Shown here: positions 11,803 to 23,300 of the stretch, piece by piece
Layout of the letters: each line of letters opens with the position of its first letter
Position numbering within the stretch: the first letter of the stretch is position 1
Source: Catajapyx aquilonaris
Taxonomy: Eukaryota
Length of the DNA stretch: 64,000 bases
Reading direction: 5' to 3'
NCBI GenBank assembly: GCA_000934665.2
Contig: KZ537983.1
Span: 62,001-126,000, forward strand
Position numbers and translations under genes: made by a program
Notes under the pieces: model-generated
The model's database searches: none
Told to the model about the DNA's origin: nothing
Seen by the model: the letters and a program-made list of their open reading frames with translations, nothing else

Positions 11803-14125
11803 CCTAATAGACCTACTATAATACACAACTAGTTATATATTTATGATTTTATGTACAAATACATTTTTCTGGAGTTACTGATGCATCATGTTGTATCCTA
11901 ACATCCGCAAATGAAACAACTCGTCATTGTAACTTTAATACCAGAAACCCACAACGCTAGTAGCGTCACACGATCTAATCCGCCTTAGAAACATACAACA
12001 GGCACAGTGCACCTTATGTAAGAACTTAATTTATCTAATCACAACATCAAAAGAAGCATACACTGTACTGTCGGTTATCCAACAGTCTAGGTCACATTGC
12101 TTCCTACCACCATGAAGTTCAGTCGACTTATTTTGGCCATGTCTGGCCTCTTCTGTGTTGTGGAATCTTCCAAGATCCTGATGGTGATGTATGTAGGCTC
12201 CAACAGCCACAAGAATGTGCTGGAATCCTTGGCAAGAGGTCTGGCTGAACGAGGACATCAGGTGACCTTTCTGAACACAATTCCTGCGAAGTCACGTGAA
12301 ACTGACAATCTGGTGGAGGTGCATCCCAGTGTTCTTATCAGGGAAAATCTAAAGCAGATGTCAAGTTGGCAGAATCGAGACCCTCCCATCAAATTCGGGG
12401 TGGTGGTACACATGTTTGACCTTGCTATTCAAATGTGCCAATTCTTTCTGGAATGTCCGGAAACCAAGGAGCTCCTGAACTCAAAGTATGACCTGGTCTT
12501 GATGGATGGTGTTCTGCAAGACTGTACCATTGGTTTGGCCTATCGTCTGAAGGCGCCCTTTGGTTACGTGGCTCCAGGTTTGCTGTTTGCATTTCAAGCA
12601 ATGGGTACCAAGAATCCTTTCCCATCTTCAACTGTTCCGTTTGGAATTTTACCTTACACAGACGAGATGACATTTGGACAACGTATCCTCAACTTTGTGT
12701 ATAGCAATTATGCTGACATTGTACGGTACTATTATGCTATTCCTAGATTGGATGATATTATGCGACATCATCTGGGTGAAGATTTGCCTTCGCTGACTGA
12801 TATGGAGCGTAACATCAGCTTGGTGTTGGTGAATCAGCACTTTACAATTGCAAGTCCTCAAGCGTGGTTGCCAGAAGTTGTTGAAGTTGGAGGAATGCAT
12901 TGTCGTCCTGCTCAGCAGCTTCCAGCCTCACTGTTGGATTATGTGGATGGTTCTGAAGGCTTCATTTACATGAGCTTTGGAACAGTTGTGCGTGGGAGCA
13001 ACATTGACACCAAGCTAAGAGATGCATTTCTTACCGTTTTTGGCAAGCTGAAGGAGCGTGTCTTGTGGAAATGGGAGACTGAGACCATGGAGGGTGTTGA
13101 CGTGCCCAAAAATGTCAAGCTCAGCAAATGGGTTCCCCAGCAGGACATTCTAGGTATGCCTTGTCACAAGTGTAGGTTGCCTGTAAGTGATATGTTTGGT
13201 TTCACAGGACATCCCAAGTGTCGGTTGTTCATCACCCAGGGAGGGCTGATGAGTCAGCAGGAGGGTATTTACCATGGAGTGCCCATGCTTGTTATACCTT
13301 TCATTGGAGATCAGGATCCCAATGCAGTACGGGCCCAAAGTAAAGGGTTTGCTCTGAAAATGGAAGTGGATGACATAACATCCGAGGCTCTGCACCACAC
13401 TCTCAGGCGACTTTTGGATGAGCCCCAGTGAGTTGTTAACATTTCCTTACAATCATGGGACTATGGGATAGTTCATGACAGTAATGCTTTGTATAATTTC
13501 CAAATATGCTGTTGATGCTGGTAATTCTATTTTCAGGTTTCGCCAACGTATACAAGAGATTTCACGGACATATCGTGACCAACCTGAAACCCCTCTGGAA
13601 CGCGCAATATTTTGGACAGAGTATGTCATACGTCATAAGGGTGCACCACACATGTGGAGCAGGGCAAGGAACATGCCTTGGTACCAGATATACCTAGTGG
13701 ATGTCATTTTATTTATAACGCTCGTTTCTGCCATTCTGTTTGGGACCCTCTTCCTTATGATGCGAACACTTATTCGCATAGTTTGTGGAGGACGCAATAA
13801 GCAGAAACAAGAATAGGCATACTATAGGGAAAGTCATATTGACACTGTGAACACATGTTATGCATAATCAGATACTTTCACCATTTAATTTTTTTTGCAT
13901 AAGTACAACATTACTGTCCTGCAGTTACGTCAAAATAACTTATTGGTATGGTACCTTCACCTAAATTTCAAACAATTAATCACATGTCGCAAATCCTTTT
14001 AATTCCTTCCGATGATTTTTCCAAACACATCTGCATTTTGTAAGCCATGCCAAGGGTGCAATATGAAGTAAAGCTTGTGGCCATCTCTTCTGACACTGAA
14101 AGTCAGACATACTCATTCATTATTA
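11803..14125 (+). repeat. Recent 2.3-kb segmental duplicate of about 8261-10555
   Basis: Upstream spacer, gene, introns and 3' flank are all near-identical. Homology ends after CATACTCATTCATTATTA in both copies. Confidence 0.9.
12112..13816 (+). CDS. UDP-glycosyltransferase, copy 5; exons 12112-13153, 13208-13427, 13537-13816 (513 aa)
   Basis: Near-identical to copy 4; introns of 54 and 109 nt; NKQKQE tail. Confidence 0.95.
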
Positions 14126-14377
14126 CGAGTATGAAAACCAAACGTAGCCCAATTTTCACTGATGGTGTAACTTAGTAAACGAGGGGTCTGCTGTGTCCTT
14201 GGACATCCAGTGATTTTCACGATGCTGTGTCCAAGTGTCCCGGAACTGCTTCACCACCTTCTGATTGTCCAGTGGTCAGGGACTTTTTCCTAATGTCCCA
14301 GCCCAAAATGGCGACGAAAAATCCTTTGTACTGCTATGGGGGACTCATTATTTTTAATATAAATCTCCACAGAAGCA

Positions 14378-14435
14378 AGTTTGTGTGGTGGTTAAGGAGC
14401 CCGACTGCTACTCGGGAGGTCCTGGGTAAGAATGC
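14378..14435 (+). mobile_element. Degenerate tRNA-like SINE head
   Basis: GTGGTGGTTAAGG A-box-like motif, stem-loop CCCGA-ctgctac-TCGGG and a decayed B-box. Confidence 0.35.
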
Positions 14436-15755
14436 GTGGAAACCTCACATCGCTTGACATTTGTGGTATTAGGCGCATCACAGCGGCAAGCGTGCCACTT
14501 GTCAGGTAAAGGCCAGACTTGCAGGTTTTTCATGAGCAGGTGGGAACTAGAATTCCACCTAAAATGTTTGAACCAGTGCTCTATCCATGGATCAATGTAA
14601 TCCTTTGATATTGTACCGTGATGCCTTGCAGCTTGTTTAAAACTTACATATCATAGCAAGAGGAATTAGCAAAAAGTAACTGATTATTACATGCTTATAT
14701 AACTTTACATCAGTTCTCACCGTACATCCATGCAGTGCATAAAGTGGTTGTAGTGGAGGAAACCGTTCCATATAGTCACAAGGTGGCAGCGTGACCCATA
14801 TGTTGCCATTGGTTGAAGTTTCCTCGCTTCCATTGCATGCACTGGTATACTATGGTGATCACCAAAATCTGTGGCGGGTAATGTTCGGTCAAAGACCAAG
14901 TGGTTGTCAGGAAAATATGGCTGTAATTTTTGAAGGTCTCAGATAAAAATTATTTAACATGAAAGTTAAAGCATGATCACCATTAGATCCACTTCAGAGA
15001 ACAAAACAGATTAATTTGACAAGTAGCAAGCAACTTATGTAGTCTTCCAATGAAACGCTTAATGAATAAAAACCAAGACAAATGACTTTTTGTCATTAGT
15101 TACAGCAAACGTACTGTACAGAAATGAAAAGTTTGTTTACACTACAGTAGTTTTCAATCAGAAAAATGTAATTTCCCACAAAAGCTAAAATAATGGTTTT
15201 ATCTGGTAAAATCACTGAAAACCCCTGAAAACCCCTGTTTTATTATGGGCCAGTGCAATACTAATCCCACTAGCTCTGTATGACTCCCTAAGTAACCTGC
15301 AATGTATGAAATGCAAAAGTAAAGAATTACTCCACTAATATGCAGTAAAAAAGATGAGGTAGAGTAAGGTAACAATGCCTCTATAAATAACAAAAGCGTT
15401 TGTTTACTCAACACTTGACATGAGAATGTTGTTAAGGTACACAAAAGGGGATGGTCCATTGACCTTACGACTAAAATTGTGACGTAATAAAATGAACACT
15501 CGCACGATAGTGATACAGTAGTACCGGGTACATGGAAAAATGTGCACTTGACAATGGGTGGGATTCTGTGTTCCACTTCTTATTTCTTCTTTTTACAAAA
15601 AGAGCAACATTGGTCCCTGGGGACAGTCCTGATGGTCCCCACTTTCGTCACCTTTTACACAAAAAAGTTGGTCAACTCACGTGCCCTCTCCCTCACTCGC
15701 TCACATGCAAAAACACAGCACACTCTGAAGTTTGGCATGGCCCACAATTGTCCAA

Positions 15756-17338
15756 TCAGACATGCTGCGGTCGAACTCCATGCAGCCTCTCCAGCTCGGT
15801 CTGGACGGCTTCTAAGGAGCGGAAGATGTTTCGGAAGCTTGGTCGGCTATTGGGCTTGCGCTGCCAGCATGCTTTCATCAGATCATATACACAACGAGGT
15901 GTGTTCTCGGGGCACTGCAGCACATGGCCCTCCTTGATGTACCGCACCACCTCTTCATGAGTCATGCCTGCAAACACACCATTTGGTTTTGAAAAAGTGA
16001 CGAATAACAGTGTAAACTCACACATCACTGATAACAAACAAAATTCTGCTAAAAGTAATTGGCAAATTTGAATTAATTTCTTACAGTGTAAACAAACCAT
16101 AAAAATTGTTAAGAGGCAATTGGTGACAATATGTAGTGTCAAGCCATAATTATAGTACTGACCATAGTATGGTTGGAGAGCAAAGGAAAAGATCTCCCAG
16201 AGGCAAACACCATATGCCCAAACATCTGACTCCACAGTGTACTTGTTGTACAGTATGCTCTCCAGAGGCATCCATCTGATTGGTATAGCATCGTGCTCAT
16301 CTCCCTTGTAATAATCCTGCAACGTAAATTTTATTTCATAATTCTTTGGCACGCATAGCTGAAGATCTTCTGGAATTCTACATCTAACATCTACATCTAC
16401 ATTCTACATCTACATTCTACATCTACATTCTACATCTAGGTTTTAAAAAAAAAGCCAAGAGAGAGAAAAAATATTTCAAAATAAAGTTCCCATTATTATT
16501 TTACTTCAGTTGCACAAGCTAGATACTGTAGCACTACTTGCCTGCAGATAAATCTTCTGTGAGAGGCCAAAGTCTGCAATTTTAACGACCATCCTGTCAT
16601 CAATCAGGCAGTTTCTGGTGGCCAGGTCTCGGTGGACAAATTTCCTGTCAGAAAGGTACAGCATCCCAGCAGATATCTGCTGCGCAATGCCCACCAGCTC
16701 CAGATGCCCTAGCTTGACGTCATTAAAAATATCCCCATTGGACCCTCGCACAATGTAATTGGAGGGAGAGCAGGAGCGAAGGAACTCGTTCAGGTCCCCC
16801 CTCCCCATGTACTCAAAGAGCAGGCACATGGGCTTCCCAACAGCACACACTCCCAGCAGCTTCACAATGTTGGGATGGTCAAACTCAGCCAAAAGACAGG
16901 CTTCTCTCTCAAAATCTGCCTGAAGGTCCTCCGAAGCTTCCTCCTTGAGCATTTTCACTGCTACCAGTGTGAATTCTTCACCTCGTACTAATGCCGGTGC
17001 TTTTGCCTGGAAGTGCAGAATAAAGCCGTGATATTACTACCATAAAAGTAAAGCAGCAAAAGTAATTTTCTTACTGCCTAAGTAATACAAGATCATTATG
17101 GCATGGTAATTAACTGTTACCTAATTGCCTGGCACTATATGTTACATTAGCCTTGCCTCCCAGGTCATAATTAACTCACCTGAAAGACACGTCCAAATGC
17201 TCCCTGTCCTAAATCTCGAATGTAAATTATGTCGTTTCGTGGATATTCCAGCTTTTCCAATTTTGGGTTGAGTTGTGCTCCTGTTCTGTGGTAAGCCAGA
17301 TTGTCTGGAAGCTTATCCAGATCAATGTCCAGCTCCTG
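15756..17338 (-). CDS. Nrk: Juxtamembrane and tyrosine kinase exons of the Nrk/MuSK gene (4 exons)
   Basis: Complete kinase motif set across 17338-17180, 17006-16542, 16316-16163 and 15967-15756; stop after RPQHV. Confidence 0.95.
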
Positions 17339-20300
17339 CTGTGAAAACAACAAGGTCCAGGTCAGGCACCTTCTTCACTGGACATGCTGGTACTGGTCAG
17401 TCCATGCTCACCTGTGTAGCAGCCCGATTGTATCCATGTCCTCTTCTCCACAGCCGGTGGCAGAGAAGTAACAAAAGTAGAACGGCCACCAGTGCAGCAA
17501 AACCAACTCCAGCAAGAAGCAGCATAAAAGTGGGGGTGAAGAGGGCCTCCACTTTAACATCCCCTGACACGCTGGATGATCCAGACCCAATTCCAGTTCC
17601 CAGTTCTCCTCCACTGCCGATTCCAGGCCCTCCAATGCCCAACCCTCCTCCTGGAAGTCCAGCAACTCCTGGTGGGATTCCATTCAGCTCTGTGTTGTTG
17701 TCTATTGAAAAACACCCTTATTATTACATCAACTAACAGCACCCAATGCTACATGCAACTCATAGCCATCAGGAAGTATAATAAAGTAATGCTCACCACA
17801 GACTGGTATTGCACAGTGTTGCCATCGGACAGACGGATCCAATGTGTAGCACCAAGGCTCAGGCTCCTCTCCACCAGCATTGCGGCAGTAGTTTTCAGCA
17901 TTTTGCACTTCAGGGAATATGGGAGGAGGCCTGTTGTGAGAGTGAGGTTCCTGAGCATCCCACCTCTGACATGGAAGACCATCCTTCGTCATGTTGGATG
18001 TCCCCTGGTAGTACCTACAAGAACAAAATGTAGGGCGGCTAGTCACATCAAGAGTTAAGTACAGTAAATGGGGTGAATGGGGACACAGTTCAGCAATTAT
18101 AAGTTTAAAGCTCTCAAATTACTCGCTAACGACCAGTGCATGCAACTGTATATTCACCATATCAGACCTGATTGAGTCAACAAACAGTTTGTAGGCTATA
18201 AAAAGTGACACACTCTCGTCATGCCAATCTGCACGCAAATAATTTTGTTTACAATTATATCTGTGATGACTCATAAAAAGGACTTCTCTTCGCTCCTTTA
18301 AAAAATATAATTTGGTATCTTATAATTTTTTTAAAAGTGCCCATCATGCAAATATTTTTGTAACTTTTTGTCCCTATTCATTCAATTTTATGGTAAGTAT
18401 CATACCTGCCCCTTCCTCGTATACAGTCAATGGTAATATCCTCAGGCGGCATGTCAGTGAGCCGTGCATGTGAGCAAGATGGAGGTGTGCTTCCAACTTT
18501 TGGCAAACCCTCACAATCAGGAAGGCGGAAATGCCCCCTAGATTTGAAGTATATTCCTCGCTGTTTGTTGTCTTCTATTAGCACCCACTCATTGTAACAG
18601 AAGAGATGCCGTACAGCCAAGCAGTCTTCCTGACACAAAGGCAGACCCACTGGATAGCCATCTTGCAGCCGGCATTGAGGGAATGCAAAAGTGCACAGCA
18701 GCTTCTGTAAGAGTCAGATGCAAGAATTTTTCAATAAGGCTATCACATTCACAAACCCTATAACGCACTGAATTATTTCACCCACCTCGGCTGCGCTACG
18801 GCATGGCTCCCTCAGGCTCTCAATCATCTCGGTCCAGAGCCCAGCCGTGATTTGCTCATTCAGCCATCCACCTGCATTGTCCTGTGAAACGTTGAACCAC
18901 ACCAGACCAGTCCCCGGCAGGTACGGTCTGCACACCTTCCCATTGTACGGTGCGCAGTACCCCGGTGGCGGCACGAGCGGTCCCTTATCTGAAATGAACA
19001 TGCCAATTTAGTGGATATAACTTATCTATCAGTGGAAAAGAAATGTTGAAAATAGACCGATCAGTTTGCCTACGTCCATGGGATAAAGCCATCACTTCTA
19101 GCTAAGCACAGTGAGAAATTGCGCGCGCTTTAATTAAGAAGAGCTGGCAGGGGGAGGAGAGAGGGAGGTGGTGAGGCTCCTTCACATCCTATTTTCCCCT
19201 TCTCATCACGTTTCCGGGAGATTTCCGGTGACGTTATCGTGGCTACGGAGAAGGAATTGGGAAAGGGAGAGGAGACTGAGCAAGAAAAGCTTTAGGTTCG
19301 GCTTGGGGTACAAAGTGAAACTTCAGCAACTTATCTGTCGACGGCTCCTTCTGGACTAATCGAAGCCTGAAAATTAGCAGCTCTTGAAACAACCCATTTC
19401 CCATCTGCAGTTCGTGATTTGTGTAGCAAGATCTTGCCAAACGGAATATCGCATGCAGGGTGAACAACGGAAATTGGCACCACTTCAAAGCGAACAGGTG
19501 CGAATCAAATCTGGAACTCAACCTAACACTATAACTTTAAAAACTATAACTAATAACCTAAAACTGCACATTACGGGGGCATGGGGGTCTGGTGGCTTAC
19601 TTGGCCATGGGCAGAGAAGGGAGTGCAATTCTGCCCCGACTTGACGAGTGAAAAGCGGAAAAATACCCGCCATTTGCCGGGATTTGAACCTCGGCCTTTC
19701 CGCTTGGCTAGCTAGGTACTGGCCAGCCAAGCGGGAGGGCCGAGGTTCAAATCCCGTCCTGGTCACATACGCTTGGTCGGGTATTTTTCCGCTTTTCACT
19801 CGTCAAGTCCAGGCAGAATTGCACTCCCTTCTCTGCCCATGGCCAAGAGAAATGTATGGTATTTAAAAGGGTCAGTCCCTTGGGAACGCTTCCCCCCTAA
19901 TCACGTGGTATTACAAAAAAACCTATAACTGCACATTATATTTTTAAAATGTTAAAATAAAATTTAGAGAATAGTCCAGGCGAGCCAAAAAAAAATTCTA
20001 CACCTTTTGGCCGCCTGTACTAGTCCCATCCTGCAAGGTTCCTTTGACCCAGCAGCCAGCACAGACGAACTCCTCGCCCAAAAAGTGAACACGGCTGGCT
20101 AAATTAACCACCTAAAATTATAACATCATCCTCGGGGGCTACCGCCTATCGACTTCAAAGTACAATATTTGTTTGCCCGCCGCCGCCGCCGTGACCGCAC
20201 ACTCAACTCCGTAGATCTATACGGCTACGGAAACGAGAAAACGACCCCGAAGCATACGCCCACTTCAAATAACCTCCCCCCTTTCCCCCCCTGTGATAAT

Positions 20301-23300
20301 TCATTATGAACCCCACTCTGATTGTACAATCTTGCATTGACCGCTCTCAGATGAAAGGCCACACCGAAAAACCAGTCCGGCTGGAGACAAAAGTCAGAGA
20401 AAGATTGGCTGCCGTCCAGAAGTGTGAGATAAGCCGCCCAAAAGTGCTTTCTGCATGTCCGGACAGATAACATCCCCCTTCCGGTATTGCACTTGGCAAC
20501 CCTTCCGCAGAAAAGGGTCAAGACGGAAGTGGCCGGCGAGAAAATGGCTTCCCATGCATTTCCCGACGCTTCGACTCGACATCCAACGCGATTCTAGAAA
20601 ATGTATGCGAATATAGGGCCAGCAAGGACGGAACAATCCAATCAGAAGCTTGTCCGCTATACATGTTGTTGAGCCGTTGAAGATATAGGTGTGATAGCCG
20701 TTACCAAGGAGGAGGCTAGGTAGGTGTGAGTCCGTTATCCAGGTGCCAAGCCAGGAGGCTAGGTGTGAGTCCGTTATCCATGTGCCAAGCCAGGAGGCTA
20801 GGTGTGAGTCCGTTATCCATGTGCCAAGCCAGGAGGCTAGGTGTGAGTCCGTTATCCAGGTGCCAAGCCAGGAGGCTAGGTGTGAGTCCGTTATCCAGGT
20901 GCCAAGCCAGGAGGCTAGGTGTGAGTCCGTTATCCAGGTGCCAAGCCAGGAGGCTAGGTGTGAGTCCGTTATCCAGGTGCCAAGCCAGGAGGCTAGGTGT
21001 GAGTCCGTTATCCATGTGCCAAGCCAGGAGGCTAGGTGTGAGTCCGTTATCCATGTGCCAAGCCAGGAGACTAGGTGTGAGTCCGTTATCCAGGTGCCAA
21101 GCCAGGAGGCTAGGTGTGAGTCCGTTATCCAGGTGCCAAGCCAGGAGGCTAGGTGTGACTGTGAGTCGTTACCCAGGAGAGATCGCCGCGCCGTGACCTA
21201 GTACGAGACTACCCCGTTTGTAATAACTTCTATGACGCCCCCAGTTGAGGCTATGTGGCGAGCGTATACAACTGATTTACCTAATGGAGTTTCCATCTCG
21301 CGCCAAAGGCTACCAAGTTGGCTTTACCTAAAATCTATGCAAAGTCGGGCCCAGGCAATTTGTTACTCTCCTAGAGTTACGGGGGTGGTGTTAAAGTGGC
21401 AAATGGAGGGGAAGGTGGCAATTTCTTCCCAACCTTTTCGAAATGCCTCACCATTCCCTAGGGGGCGTTAATGTTCCTTTCCAACGCCCTTAGAAATACC
21501 CCACCCTTTTTTTCTTTGCCCTTAAAAAAATATATTCTGCGCGATTAAGCCACATAAATAAAGGCACCCAGCTGACTCAGCGTCGCAGATAAGTTGCTAT
21601 CGCGACTCCGAAAAGACGACTTTATCGGAAAAAATGTTCCGGTTCGGAATAAATAGCCTATTTTTTATATAAAAAATGAGGAATATAGCTATGATTTTTT
21701 AAAAGCTGACTTCATCAATTTCACACTTTACTTACTAATATTAGTGTTTTTAAATGAATATTTTTACTTACTTTGAGATGGGGTAGCCACTGCGACGTGA
21801 AAAGCTCGTGCGTCCATATGGGAGTCGCCATTGGATGCCTCACAGGTGTACATAGAGCTACTGGACGCATTCAGGTGTAGCACAGACCGGGTTGACGGCA
21901 ACGGCAATGGGCTTGACGGTGACGTGGATGACGCTTGGGGCAACCATGTCCGTACCTCAGTGCTGCCTTCCACCTAAAATTCAAAAATTCACAAAATAAT
22001 TAAAATAAACTGGACTCATAGGTCAAATGAATGCTGATAATTCATTTTTATATTAATAAGTTCGTCAACCCCCTGGTGTCAATAACAATGCTCCAAAATG
22101 CCCAATACACCTGTTTGCCGGTTGGTTGGGTACGGGGGTCCTCTCCCGGAAATTTCCTCGGGAATGAAATTTCCGTCTGGAGTTGGGCGGGAGGAAGGAC
22201 ATCTCCCCAGAGAAGAGACGGTTCCTAACCCAATTCCGGAGCCCGCGCCAATGCCATTTCCAAAGGCGCCTCACTTGGGCTTCCTCTTCCTACAAGCGAG
22301 TTAACGCTTTTGATTCCCACCCCTACCACCACCCCCCACCCACCCGCTTCCCAATTGGCTGCAATTTGAGTTTTCTCTCGCAATCCTGCCAACTTGTCCC
22401 GTCCCCAAGGCGAGAACTAGCGTCAAATGGGAACTTCCTCCCTACCCCTCCTTTCTAGTTTCTATCAACCCATCCCCCTAGGCACAAGCCGCCTTCCAAA
22501 ACTCATTTCCCACCCACATAAATCACGCAAAATTAAGATCCACACCCAGGGTACCCGGAGTCGACCCTGGGTCGATTCTGACGTGCCAACCAAATTAAGA
22601 TTTACAGCCAGGAATAATTATTTAACATACACATTGGGTCACGACAATCCCAAAATTAGTAAGGGTAAAAGTCGCATGCATGCCCTGCACTAATCCCCCT
22701 TGGTCCAGAAGGGGATTAGTGCTGGACATGCATGCGACTTTCACCCTTACTAGTTTTGCAGTTAGGGTGTTTCTCCTTGGGATGGCAATATCTGCCGAAT
22801 ATGTCGCATCTCAGGGCTTCTCTCTGGTGAATCCAGCTCGAATCAGACGGATGGGACCTATCCCTCGGCATCAGCCCACTTCTTTGTGGGGGTGTCAAAC
22901 CTGTCACATCCAGACCCAGAACCGGGTCTGACAGACGCGACAGAACTAGGAAGCCATATGATTCACTCTGTATAGGGGCCTATATACCCTCTCTTGATAC
23001 CGGCAACAATGGCGGCAGCACATTTTGTCTGGAATAGTACCATAGTATAATCCAGGCCCATTCGCCAGGGTATCTCCACTGTGCAGGTCTCATATCTATA
23101 CGCACATCTACTTACTCAATTTACGCTCATAATCCTGGAGCTCGGTCGTCCCAGCGGCATTTAGTTAGCCTATCGATCACAGGTGACTTTCCCTATCGAC
23201 AAGGGGTAGGGGCACCCCTAATCCTCACCTAAACTCCAATCCCGGGGCTTCAACCCGAACCAATCAAGCAAGACAAAGATGATCTCGTCAGACCCCAGCA

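Noticed and set aside
17275..18058. Plus-strand ORFs antisense to RTK exons (and antisense ORFs over the UGT exons)
   Set aside because: Shadow frames of real coding exons with no recognisable domains.
20724..21157. CRISPR array or repeat protein
   Set aside because: Units are contiguous with no unique spacers, there are no cas genes and the context is a eukaryotic intron. The ORFs arise only because the unit is 39 bp and lacks stops in some frames.
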